This document shows positions 10,398-19,547 of a stretch of DNA of 64,000 bases, piece by piece. The stretch is from Pseudomonadota bacterium. Lineage in GTDB: Bacteria > Pseudomonadota > Gammaproteobacteria > JAKAQQ01. The translations under genes and the position numbers were made by a program. Within the stretch, counting starts at the first letter, position 1. Each line of letters starts with the position of its first letter. The notes under the pieces are model-generated. The model was given only the letters and a program-made list of their open reading frames with translations, made no database searches and was not told the origin of the DNA. The DNA is taken from the NCBI GenBank assembly GCA_027320085.1, contig DAHVLZ010000010.1, positions 32,001-96,000 on the forward strand, read 5' to 3'.

Positions 10398-10954
10398 ACG
10401 CGGGATCAGCAAGCGAGCCAAGGACAGGCCACACGCGGGGCAAGGCGGGTGACCGGCTTTGCTCGCGGGAGGAATCCAGGGAGGGAGAGGGCTTGGCCCC
10501 CGGAGAACACCCGGATCCGGGCGTCCGCCTTCCGCCCCGGGGGCCGGATCAGCCGGCTCAAGCCCGCGTAGTCGTCAATGTCCCTTTGCCTTCCTGTCTG
10601 CGGAGAAGGGGCAAGGAGTGCCCCCGGGCCGCAGCGGACCCCACTGCGGCCCTTCGGGGTGTACGGATGGCGAGGCCAGCCGATCCTTGCGACCTCGGCG
10701 GTCCCCCATAGCTCCCGTGTGGGGTTGCAGAATCCAGGGCGATGTTCCCAAGGAAATGGAGGCGAGCCTGCACAGCTCCAAAGCAGCCAAAATTCCCCCC
10801 CACCAACGGAAAAACACGCGGCTTTCGCCGACAGTGACTTGAATGATTCGCGCCGGAGTGCGTTGAGCCACACTGAAGGCGGCCTAGACACCCGCCGCCC
10901 CGGGTCATTGCCCTCCCTCGGGACAGGGCTACCGGGGTGGACGGGCGATCGGTC

Positions 10955-11563
10955 TCAGGCCTTGAGTCCCTCGGCGGCGAAGGCCTGCTGCACGGCCGGA
11001 CGGCTTGCGATCCGTTTTTGATAGTCAACCAAAGCCGGCCAGCGCGAGAGATCAAAACCGACGGTTTTCGACCAGTTGGTCACGGTGAAGCAGTAGGCGT
11101 CGGCCACGGTGAAGGCACTGCCCATGAGAAAGGGTTGCCGGGCGAGCGTCTCGGAGATGAATGCGTAACGACGTTCGAGGTTCCCGGTAAAGATCTTCTT
11201 GACCTCCGCGGGAACCTGCGGGTTGAAAAGCGGCGAATACTGTTTATGGAGCTCCGTGCTCACGAAGTTGAGCCATTCCTGGAGACGGCTGCGTTCGAAA
11301 GTCCCGGCACGCGGTGCCAGCCCGCTTTCGGGTTTGCGGTCGGCCAGATACTGGACGATGGCCGCCCCCTCCGTCAAGATCGCCCCGTCGTCGAGTTCGA
11401 GGGCCGGGACATACCCTTTCGGATTGATCTCGAGAAAGTTCCGGTCGGTCCCGGTCTTCCGGGTCTTGAGGTCGACCCGCTCGAGCGTGACCGGAAGATT
11501 CGCCTCATGGCAGACAATGTGCGGCGAGAGCGAACAGGCGCCGGGAGAGTAGTAAAGCTTCAT
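10955..11563 (-). CDS. gstA: Glutathione S-transferase (beta class)
   Basis: MKLYYSPGACSL, NPKGYVP, TELHK, FTVADAY. Confidence 0.93.
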   Translation of the reverse strand: MKLYYSPGACSLSPHIVCHEANLPVTLERVDLKTRKTGTDRNFLEINPKGYVPALELDDGAILTEGAAIVQYLADRKPESGLAPRAGTFERSRLQEWLNFVSTELHKQYSPLFNPQVPAEVKKIFTGNLERRYAFISETLARQPFLMGSAFTVADAYCFTVTNWSKTVGFDLSRWPALVDYQKRIASRPAVQQAFAAEGLKA

Positions 11564-11663
11564 GCCGGACCCACCAAAAAGCCTTAAAGGTAACCAAGTG
11601 CGAGCGCGTATTTTAAAGAATCGACCGGTGGCTTTCAAGACTCCTCCTGTCGAGCTTCTTCCG

Positions 11664-11808
11664 ATGATCGCGACCCTCAAGACCCATGGGCTCAAGACAA
11701 AGGAGCAGATCCAAGCCTTCCCCGGAGTCACTCTCCCCCTCGGTTTTGAGGCCCCTCCCACAGGGTGCCGCCTATGACTGGGTCCAGGCGCGAGTTGCGC
11801 CGTTTCGA
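11664..11808 (+). pseudogene. Possible transposase N-terminal remnant
   Basis: MIATLKTHGLKTKEQIQAF...AYDWV resembles, from memory, starts of integrase-core transposases; frameshifted and cut at the 33-bp repeat. Confidence 0.3.
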
Positions 11809-11841
11809 TTCACGTCCTGGTATCAATCGTTGCAGCCCGGA
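11809..11841. repeat. 33-bp repeat, copy 1 (probable IS4-family end)
   Basis: TTCACGTCCTGGTATCAATCGTTGCAGCCCGGA, 32/33 identical to 18098-18130. Confidence 0.75.
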
Positions 11842-11910
11842 GACGACAGACCCTGAGCGAGTTCAGCCCAAAACGGTTTTTTGCAAGGTATCGATTGTAT
11901 GTGTATGCAA

Positions 11911-11988
11911 TATTCAACGCATAATGTGCGTTTAATAGTTGCATCTTGCGATGAATGCCGGTTATAATCAACGCAGAGGATGCGTTGA
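11911..11988 (+). promoter_or_regulatory. Sigma70-like promoter flanked by two palindromic operator boxes
   Basis: TTGCAT (11939) and TATAAT (11963); boxes TCAACGCA-N5-TGCGTT(T/G)A at 11914-11934 and 11968-11988. Confidence 0.6.
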
Positions 11989-13098
11989 ATGTATATCCAT
12001 GAACTCAAGGACTGGCCCCACTTCGCCTGGAACGCGGAGCCACTTGTGGAATCACTTGCCTCCGTCCGCCACCGGCAAGGCCGGTGGATCGGCAGCATGC
12101 AAGCCCTCGGGTTCAGCCTCCGGCAGGAGGCCGTCCTGGAGACCCTGACTCGGGATGTTCTCAAAAGCAGCGAGATCGAGGGCGAAAAGCTCGATGCCGG
12201 ACAGGTCCGCTCGTCGATTGCCCGACGCCTGGGCATGGACATCGGTGCGCTCAAGCCAACCGACAGCCACGTTGAAGGCGTCGTCGAGATGATGCTCGAC
12301 GCGACGCGTCATTACGACCGCCCGCTCACTGCGGGCCGTCTGTCTGCCTGGCACGCCTCATTGTTCCCTACGGGGTACAGCGGCATGACAAAAATCCGGA
12401 CGGGCGTCTGGCGCGATGACAGCACGGGACCGATGCAAGTTGTCTCCGGCCCCATCGGCCAGGCGCACGTCCATTACGAAGCGCCGAAGGCGGAGCGCGT
12501 CGACACCGAAATGCGCGCCTTCCTCGAATGGTTTGAGGCCGGCCCTCCAATGGATCTTGTGTTGAAGTCCGCCGAGGCCCATCTCTGGTTCGTGACCCTT
12601 CACCCGTTCGATGACGGGAACGGCCGCATCGCGCGCGCCCTAGCCGACATGGCTTTAGCGCGGTCGGAACGCAGCCCGCAGCGTTTCTACAGCATGTCGG
12701 CACAAATCCGGCAGGAACGGAACGACTATTACGATATTCTGGAGCGTACGCAAAAAGGAACCCTGGACATCACACCGTGGATGGAGTGGTTCCTCGGCTG
12801 TCTCGGGCGTGCCATTGACGGCGCGCAGGCGACCTTGGCCGCGATCCTCGCCAAAGCACGTTTCCGGGACCGCATCAAAAGCATTCCGCTGAACGAACGC
12901 CAGCGCCTTGTCCTGAACCGGCTTCTCGACGGCTTCGAAGGCAAGCTCACGAATTCGAAATACGCAGCACTGGCCAAATGCTCGCATGACACGGCGCTCC
13001 GCGATATTCTCCAGCTCGTCGAGCGTGGCATTCTCGTGCGCAACGCCGAAGGCGGCCGCAGTACGAGTTATTCACTGGCGGGCGAGATGCCCAGATGA
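11989..13098 (+). CDS. Fic family protein with N-terminal DUF4172 and C-terminal wHTH
   Basis: SSEIEGE inhibitory motif, HPFDDGNGRIAR Fic motif, GGRSTSY end. Confidence 0.93.
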   Translation: MYIHELKDWPHFAWNAEPLVESLASVRHRQGRWIGSMQALGFSLRQEAVLETLTRDVLKSSEIEGEKLDAGQVRSSIARRLGMDIGALKPTDSHVEGVVEMMLDATRHYDRPLTAGRLSAWHASLFPTGYSGMTKIRTGVWRDDSTGPMQVVSGPIGQAHVHYEAPKAERVDTEMRAFLEWFEAGPPMDLVLKSAEAHLWFVTLHPFDDGNGRIARALADMALARSERSPQRFYSMSAQIRQERNDYYDILERTQKGTLDITPWMEWFLGCLGRAIDGAQATLAAILAKARFRDRIKSIPLNERQRLVLNRLLDGFEGKLTNSKYAALAKCSHDTALRDILQLVERGILVRNAEGGRSTSYSLAGEMPR

Positions 13099-13162
13099 TT
13101 CTTGCTGGTGTGTATAGGGGGCCAAGCAGCGAAGCGCCCTATCGGGCCCGATGATGGCGACG

Positions 13163-13320
13163 ATGGATTAACGCAAGAGTCGGCTCCGTCCACGCCAGCA
13201 AAGCACACTGATCGCGCACGTTGTGGCGGGCCCCACGGCCCGTGCGGCGGGCGGGATTGTCGGCGTTCAACCCAACACGGCGATCCGCTTCTTGATGCGC
13301 CTACGCCAGCTTACCGTTAT
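13163..13320 (+). pseudogene. IS1595/IS1016-like transposase N-terminal remnant
   Basis: ATG GAT TAA then RKSRLRPRQQSTLIAHVVAGPTARAAGGIVGVQPNTAIRFLMRLRQL, matching the IS1016-type N-terminal pattern. Confidence 0.7.
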
Positions 13321-13349
13321 TGCAAAGTCCTGCGAAAATCGTTTCAAGG

Positions 13350-13412
13350 CGCTCACACGTCCCAATCACCCTCGATCTCAACTGTTGCATTTTTTGCAAC
13401 AGTTGCTTTTCG
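13350..13412 (-). pseudogene. Short RhuM-family fragment
   Basis: Minus strand reads KATVAKNATVEIEGD, resembling the RhuM central segment. Confidence 0.5.
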
Positions 13413-13477
13413 AGAAAGCTTCTCGAACCCGAACACATTGCGCAACTGACTGGAAATCAAGGACTTATCGCGCCCCA

Positions 13478-13838
13478 TACGGTGGACCCAGTTGTCAAGG
13501 CAGATTTCAAGACTTCTATCCCTCACCTGTGGTCTCGTGGAGGACCTCCCATGGGAGATTCATACGCATGGAGGTAGACCTCCCACCCATGGGCGGCCTT
13601 GAGCTCGTGAATTTTCTGGTCCAAGAAGACCCCGGAAAGGCCTTCTCAAGACTGGCTTCTCCACCGGACCAGAAGGGAGTGATGATTTCCGTGCCCGGAT
13701 GCCAACCGAGACAGGGTCTTTCCTTCTCGTAGAAGTTCAAAAACGACCTTCGATTTGAACCCGGGTAGTGTTTGCGATCGGTTTTCATTGTGCTTAAGGA
13801 TCCCTCTCTTTCTTGTCCAGATTTCCGGGTCCATCATA
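13478..13838 (-). mobile_element. Internally deleted IS3-family element (361 bp)
   Basis: Imperfect terminal IRs TACGGTGGACCC / TATGATGGACCC; frameshifted orfA remnant MKTDRKHY..FKSKVVFELLREGKTLSRLAS. Confidence 0.7.
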
Positions 13839-13935
13839 ATTCGCGTGACCCTGGCGGCGATTTCTCCGAAAGAGTGACGAGTCTGCGCAAGAGCGCAGAC
13901 TCCATACTCTCGCTGTTGAAGTAGAAGGGGTCTGA

Positions 13936-14172
13936 GTGGCGAAGCCCAAGAAACCAAAGAAGCGCAGTCCATTCGCTGAAGCAGGAAGAATTCCGGCCGG
14001 AGAGGCGAAAGCCGCCGGCCGCGGCACAAGCGTGAACCGAAATCCAAAGCTGGCCGCCCGTGTCGGGCGCGCGCTGCTGCGAGCGGCTGTGGTGACTCGG
14101 TGCACGGCGCGGATGCACGGGACGCTACTTTACGTCTGGGAGAACGGAAAGGTCGTCGCCAAACGCCCGTAA
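13936..14172 (+). CDS. Small basic hypothetical protein
   Basis: 78-aa ORF with a purine-rich upstream region; C-terminus ARMHGTLLYVWENGKVVAKRP looks protein-like. Confidence 0.45.
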   Translation: MAKPKKPKKRSPFAEAGRIPAGEAKAAGRGTSVNRNPKLAARVGRALLRAAVVTRCTARMHGTLLYVWENGKVVAKRP

Positions 14173-14269
14173 TGGGCTTCGCGACGGCGATGCCGGTAAC
14201 TCTGGACGCCCCGATCTCCGGTAGGTCGACAAGCACCAGGGCCACCGGCGCTCAGGTCTACCCGCGGAT

Positions 14270-14308
14270 GAAAGTGCATACCGATTCTCAATGTCTGTAT
14301 GCACTTTC
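14270..14308. promoter_or_regulatory. Perfect 12-bp inverted repeat, putative operator
   Basis: GAAAGTGCATAC-N15-GTATGCACTTTC. Confidence 0.45.
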
Positions 14309-14445
14309 TTCCATGTCCGCCGACCTCAGGAGGTCATTCTGTGAAGCGGCCAACCAAAGAGACCATGGCGGCGGGCCGAAAAAATAGGTAAAATCAATCA
14401 CTAATACCCTCACGCACTGCGAGCCAACCCGGGTAAAATTAGGCA

Positions 14446-14745
14446 ATGGAACGTGACGATGCCCTTCGCCGTCTCCGCGAACGCCGCGAGCAACTGAATG
14501 CCCTAGGCGTCGGGCAGCTATTCCTTTACGGATCGGTGGCGCGCAACGAGGCTCGCGTGGACAGTGACGTCGACCTTCTCGTCGAGCCTTCAAACCAGCG
14601 ATTTTCAATCTTCGATTTGGTGCGCGTGCGAGATGTCTGCCGCACAATCTTGGGCGTCAACGCTGACATTCACGATTACGACGGCCTGCGCCGCCTGCCA
14701 GAATTCCGGCGACGCGTCGGCGGCGATCTCATCCGTGTCTTCTGA
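14446..14745 (+). CDS. Minimal nucleotidyltransferase (MntA-like antitoxin)
   Basis: YGSVARNEARVDSDVDLLV (GSx10DxD). Confidence 0.9.
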   Translation: MERDDALRRLRERREQLNALGVGQLFLYGSVARNEARVDSDVDLLVEPSNQRFSIFDLVRVRDVCRTILGVNADIHDYDGLRRLPEFRRRVGGDLIRVF

Positions 14746-15124
14746 CACGCCCCGCGGTGGACGTGCGGCGACGCCTCGCGGCGCCGCAGTGGCCGCAGTG
14801 CATGCCGGCCGCAAAGCACAGAAACTCGTCGCGCACGACACTGAAGTCAGTTACTTGGCAAACAGCGAACGCCAGCTTGCCATTGAACGCCTCCTGATCC
14901 GGTTCGGCGAAGCCCTGAAGAGTATTCCCAACCAGACGTTGGCGCAGATTGCCCCTGACATCGCCTGGGCAGGTCCCAAAGGCTTCCGAGACATAGCCTC
15001 GCACTGGTACGAGGAAGGGCTGGATCACCGCTTGATCTGGCACGCGCTCGTGAACGACTTGCCTCATATGCTCGACGCCATGCAGCGGTGGATTGACACG
15101 TGCAGCCCGAAGTCAGCCCCGTGA
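14735..15124 (+). CDS. HEPN/DUF86 (HepT-like) RNase toxin
   Basis: GTG start overlapping the MNT gene; ERLLIRFGEA and RDIASHWY (RX4HXY). Confidence 0.85.
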   Translation: MSSDTPRGGRAATPRGAAVAAVHAGRKAQKLVAHDTEVSYLANSERQLAIERLLIRFGEALKSIPNQTLAQIAPDIAWAGPKGFRDIASHWYEEGLDHRLIWHALVNDLPHMLDAMQRWIDTCSPKSAP

Positions 15125-15180
15125 TTATCACCACTGCATCCGTCCGAGTCGGGTGAGCAAGGTGGGGAGGTGTGACGCGG

Positions 15181-15681
15181 CTATCGTGGCTTGAGAACGA
15201 CAATGTGGACCCTGCTCCCCTTGCGCAACTCTTTGGCAAATCGGTTCTCCACACGATTACCGGGGCCAAATGCGGCTGAGTACCGAGCACCCGAGGAATA
15301 GTCAAAGAGAACAAGTATGACAACCTTGTAGTAGTGCGAATACAGTAGGGACTGGCTCAGCCCCTCTTTCCAGCGGGCCTTTGCAAATTGATCATTGAGT
15401 TTCTTGCACTCAATAGCGCAGAGCGGGTATTTGCCCGAGCCTCGCAGAAGACACTCAGGTCGAAACTTTTCCCCTACAAATTTGGCGGGTGTGATATTTC
15501 TGTTCTCGATACTGAGATTGCGTTGCAGGAGGTAGTTAATGAGAAAAGCATTGAGCCTTGTCTCCCCAAGTTTTTTTTGCTGCGGGAGGATTCTGAATCC
15601 CTTTATCTCTTTTAGAACGGCACCAAACTGGCCCGCTTCCAATTTTCCCATGCGCCTTTGAGCGGCTCTTTTTCTTGCCAC
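15181..15681 (-). CDS. Hypothetical protein, putative PD-(D/E)xK nuclease
   Basis: GTG start after AAGGGAG; FRPE...AIECK...QSLLY; AT-rich. Confidence 0.55.
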   Translation of the reverse strand: MARKRAAQRRMGKLEAGQFGAVLKEIKGFRILPQQKKLGETRLNAFLINYLLQRNLSIENRNITPAKFVGEKFRPECLLRGSGKYPLCAIECKKLNDQFAKARWKEGLSQSLLYSHYYKVVILVLFDYSSGARYSAAFGPGNRVENRFAKELRKGSRVHIVVLKPR

Positions 15682-16001
15682 TGTGACTCCCTTATCAGTT
15701 GACTCGCCGAACTGATGGACACAGACAGTCAATTTACCCCAAAGAATGTCCGGAACGCGGCTCTAGAACTATCGTCCTGACGCCTATCTTGTGTCGCTTT
15801 CGGCACATCTCGTCAATGGGTTCGACGATGCTAAAGGAAATTTGGTTCTGTTGAAAACGGAGTTGGTAACACCGCCACGTCACGGTTGATCCGTGGGAAG
15901 ACGAGCTGGCCTGCGATGAGGATGATGAGCATGCGGACGGTGGGGAAGCAACCATACCCAGGTGTGTTTTATCCACATCTTCATCGCACGGGTGGGGTTC
16001 G

Positions 16002-16093
16002 ATGGGAGTGCGAGAACGATTTGAGCGGTATCTGGGACATCTGGCGACAGCGCTGGGACACACCGACCGGGTCGCCGGGCTCGGAGCGTGGTC
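16002..16093 (+). pseudogene. IS701-family transposase N-terminal remnant
   Basis: MGVRERFERYLGHLATALGHTDRVAGL, cut by the IS3 remnant. Confidence 0.6.
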
Positions 16094-16210
16094 ACCTCCC
16101 ACTCATGGGCGGCCTTGAGCTCGTGAATTTTCTGGTTCGAAAAGACCCCGGAAAGGCCTTCGTGCTTAAAGCCCCCTCTCGTTTTTGTCTAGATTTCTGG
16201 GTCCATCATA
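16094..16210 (-). mobile_element. Second, more deleted IS3-family end
   Basis: Similar to 13578-13645 joined directly to 13790-13838, ending GGGTCCATCATA. Confidence 0.75.
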
Positions 16211-16330
16211 CAAAGCGCTCGGCCATCGGATTCAGTGTCAACCACCCCGGCTCGCCGGCGAGCCGCACGTCCCGGGCGATGCCGCCGTCCCCGGCCCGGG
16301 ACAAAACTACCTCACCGCGATCATCGAGTT
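16211..16330 (-). pseudogene. RhuM-family N-terminal remnant
   Basis: DRGEVVLSRAGDGGIARDVRLAGEPGWLTLNPMAERF, similar to the start of the gene at 20313. Confidence 0.65.
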
Positions 16331-16406
16331 TTATCCTTCGGCCGGTTGATGATGCTGGCGCCGATAGCGCCGAATGCCGGAGATCCGGCTTGTCGGGCGA
16401 GGCAGA

Positions 16407-17609
16407 TCAGCCTTTCCTGAAGCGGGCGGCTTCTTCCGAGCCCGCGGTGGCGTTGCCGGCGCTGTAGGAGTGCGCTCCCGCGCCGGCAAGCCGGCCTCCG
16501 TCCACAATCAGGTACTCATTCCGGATCGGCCGGTTCTCGAAGAAGCATTCCAGGATTTCCCGGGTTCCGGCCGCATATCGGGCTTGAGCCGACAAGGAGG
16601 TGCCGGAGGTGTGGGGCGTCATGCCGTGGTGCGGCATGGTCCGCCAGGGGTGATCCCCCGGTGCGGGCTGCGGGAACCAGACATCGCCGGCGTAGCCGGC
16701 CAGTTGGCCCGATTCCAGCGCGCGCACGACCGCCTCGCGGTCACAGAGCTTGCCGCGCGCGGTATTCACCAGATAGGCGCCGCGCTTGAACCGCTTGAGC
16801 GTCTCGTCGTTGATCATGTGCTCGGTTTCGGGATATAGCGGGCAATTCAAGGTGACCACATCGCAGGCCCCATACAGGTCTTCCCGGGAGGCATGCCAAG
16901 TCAAGCCCAGTTCCTTTTCAACCGACTTCGGGAGGCGATGGCGATCGGTGTAGTGGAGGTGCACATCGAAGGGCTTGAGGCGCCTGAGCACGGCAAGTCC
17001 GATGCGGCCGGCAGCGACTGTTCCCACATGCATGCCCTCCACGTCATAGGAGCGGGCAACGCAATCGGCAATATTCCACCCTCCTTTCACGACCCATTGA
17101 TAGGACGGGATGTAGTTGCGCACAAGGCCCAGGATCATCATGACCACATGCTCGGATACCGAGATCGAATTGGAGAACGTCACCTCGGCCACGGTGATGC
17201 CACGATCAATCGCAGCCTGCAGGTCGACATGGTCCGAGCCGATACCCGCGGTGATCGCGAGCTTGAGCTTCGGGGCCTTGGCAATCCGCCCGGCCGTCAG
17301 GTAAGCCGGCCAGAACGGCTGCGAGATGACGACATCCGCATCCCCCAACTCGCGTTCGAATACGGAATCCGGCCCATCCTTGTCGGAGGTCACAACCAGA
17401 GTGTGACCCTTGGATTCCAGATATTTGCGCAGCCCGAGTTCACCCGAGACACTGCCGAGCAGGACACCCGGCTGGAAGTCGATGGCCTTGGGCGTGGGCA
17501 GCGTCTGGCCGTCGGGGTAGCGGGTCAGTCTCGGCACACCCTCGCGCGCATAGGATTTCGGGTAGCCATCGACCGGATCGTCATAGAGAACACACACAAC
17601 TTTGGCCAT
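16407..17609 (-). CDS. fdh: NAD-dependent formate dehydrogenase (metal-independent)
   Basis: MAKVVCVLYDDP, SQPFWPAY, AAGRIG, TDRH, NTARG, DVWFPQP, MTPHTSG. Confidence 0.96.
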   Translation of the reverse strand: MAKVVCVLYDDPVDGYPKSYAREGVPRLTRYPDGQTLPTPKAIDFQPGVLLGSVSGELGLRKYLESKGHTLVVTSDKDGPDSVFERELGDADVVISQPFWPAYLTAGRIAKAPKLKLAITAGIGSDHVDLQAAIDRGITVAEVTFSNSISVSEHVVMMILGLVRNYIPSYQWVVKGGWNIADCVARSYDVEGMHVGTVAAGRIGLAVLRRLKPFDVHLHYTDRHRLPKSVEKELGLTWHASREDLYGACDVVTLNCPLYPETEHMINDETLKRFKRGAYLVNTARGKLCDREAVVRALESGQLAGYAGDVWFPQPAPGDHPWRTMPHHGMTPHTSGTSLSAQARYAAGTREILECFFENRPIRNEYLIVDGGRLAGAGAHSYSAGNATAGSEEAARFRKG

Positions 17610-17899
17610 TTCATTTCCTCCTCATGGCGAAGAACTCTTCATCAGGCACCGCCCCGACAGGTCAATGCGCAAAAAGCGCATAAACGGGGGCCGATCGGTT
17701 ACCTCAGGGTCCAGCGCCCCGTCCGAGAACCCATACCCGTTCCGCAAGACAGACACCTGGACATCAGCCGATTGAATGTCCATGTTTTCATTGTAACAAA
17801 ACCTTCCCGAGCACATCCCTGTGGGCCGATTTTTTCGTATGGTCTTCCTTTTGCTCCAGCCTCCTCCAATGCATGAGCCTGACCGGGGATCGTGATTCC

Positions 17900-18130
17900 A
17901 AGGAGACGGTGCCCCCGATGCCCCCGCGACAGGGCCTGGCCGGCTGCGCCGAAAGACACGCCTCGATATCCCTCAGGCTTTTCCGACAGGTCAGCTGCGC
18001 GAAGACAGGCTTGCCGGCGTACATGGCGATCTCCCGAATAAGTCGGGAAAGTCTGCCGGAGGGGGACGGTTTTATTCCAAAGCTAGCCACCAAGGCTTTC
18101 ACGTCCTGGCATCAATCGTTGCAGCCCGGA
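17900..18130 (-). mobile_element. IS4-family (DUF4372-type) remnant with its left end
   Basis: ATG at 18024: MYAGKPVFAQLTCRKSLRDIEACL; 33-bp repeat copy 2 at 18098-18130. Confidence 0.72.
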
Positions 18131-18141
18131 CAGGCCGATCC

Positions 18142-18236
18142 ATCGTTTCAATATTCGTGAAACGATATCTTGACGATAGGAGAAAACATATATATCTTAA
18201 TAAGATAATCGTTTCAGTCTTTGGAAAATCGTTTCA
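18142..18236 (+). promoter_or_regulatory. Fic promoter with four ATCGTTTCA 9-mers
   Basis: 9-mer at 18142, 18158 (inverted), 18208 and 18228; TTGACG-N17-TATCTT at 18170-18198. Confidence 0.6.
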
Positions 18237-19537
18237 TGGCATTCACCGACCAAGCCCTTCTTGATTATGTCGCCGCCCATCCCGGCGCGGGCCGGGAGGA
18301 CATCAGGCGCCACATCGCACCCGATGTGAGCGCGCCGACGATCTGGCGCGCGCTCAAGCGCCTGGCCGATGAAGGCAAGCTGGAAGTCTCGGGAAGGGGC
18401 CGCGCCACGGGCTACAGCCTGGCGGGCGCCGCCGTGGTGCGCGCCCACCTACAAACGCCCTACAACCGCCGGCGGCCCACGACCCATAACAGAGAGTTTC
18501 TCGACCGCTACATTCCGAACAGGAGCTTCTATCTCGGCGCTGCCGAGCGGGCGCGGCTGCATGAGACCGGCCGCCCTGAGCCACAGCGGCTGCCCGCCGG
18601 CCCCTATGCGCGCCGCATCCTTGAGCGGCTCCTTGTGGATCTGTCCTGGGCGTCATCGCGTATGGAGGGCAATACCTATGACATCCTCGAAACAGAGCGG
18701 CTGATCCGTTTCGGCCAGGAGGCCGCCGGCAAGGATCGCCGGGAAGCGGTCATGATCCTCAATCACAAGGAAGCGATCCAGTACGTCGTCGAGCATCTCG
18801 CCGACATCACCATCAGCCGCCCTGACCTGTTCAGCATTCATGCCTTGCTCGCCGACGGCTTGCTTGCCGATCCCGCAATGGGAGGACGGCTGCGGTGGAT
18901 GCCGGTCGGCATTTCCTATTCGAGCTACAGGCCGCAGGCTGATCATTTCGCGATCGAGGAAGAATTCGACATACTGGTGCAGAAGGCGGCGGCGATCACT
19001 GATCCGTTCGAGCAATCCTTCTTCCTGCTGGTCCACATCCCGTATCTACAGCCGTTCGAGGATGTCAACAAACGGACTTCGCGCATTGCCGCCAACATCC
19101 CGTTGCTCAAGGCCGGCCACGCCCCTATGTCGTTTTTGACCCTGAACGACGCTGATTATCTTGACGGGCTGATCGGCGTGTACGAGTTGAACAACGTCTC
19201 GCTGTTGCGCGGCGTGTATATCGACGCCTACCTGGCCTCCGCCGAAAACTACCAGGTGCTGCGCGCCGAGCTTGAGAGCCCGGAGAAAGCGTCGCTTGCC
19301 TACCGTGATTTTGTACGCGCGGCTGTACGCCGCAGCGTACTCGAATGGAAGGCGTTTCGGCCGGACTCGGTGATGGCCATGGCCACCGATGCCGGCATTC
19401 CGGAGGCCGACCGCGAGCAGGTCGTCAACTATATCGGCCAGGAGTTCCGGGGCCTTCACGATGGCAATGTCATCCGCTACCGACTGCGCCCCGAGGACCT
19501 TGCCGAGATGGCGCGCGAGCAGGCGGGACAACGATGA
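18236..19537 (+). CDS. Fic family protein with N-terminal wHTH
   Basis: SSRMEGN; variant Fic motif QPFEDVNKRTSR. Confidence 0.92.
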   Translation: MAFTDQALLDYVAAHPGAGREDIRRHIAPDVSAPTIWRALKRLADEGKLEVSGRGRATGYSLAGAAVVRAHLQTPYNRRRPTTHNREFLDRYIPNRSFYLGAAERARLHETGRPEPQRLPAGPYARRILERLLVDLSWASSRMEGNTYDILETERLIRFGQEAAGKDRREAVMILNHKEAIQYVVEHLADITISRPDLFSIHALLADGLLADPAMGGRLRWMPVGISYSSYRPQADHFAIEEEFDILVQKAAAITDPFEQSFFLLVHIPYLQPFEDVNKRTSRIAANIPLLKAGHAPMSFLTLNDADYLDGLIGVYELNNVSLLRGVYIDAYLASAENYQVLRAELESPEKASLAYRDFVRAAVRRSVLEWKAFRPDSVMAMATDAGIPEADREQVVNYIGQEFRGLHDGNVIRYRLRPEDLAEMAREQAGQR

Positions 19538-19547
19538 GGTTTCCCGA

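Noticed and set aside
10400-10950. Long intergenic region as ncRNA or IS remnant
   Set aside because: GC-rich hairpins are expected at this composition; no family motif recognised.
15734-15780. Possible IS end near GCGGCTCTAG
   Set aside because: No partner repeat or transposase remnant could be assigned.
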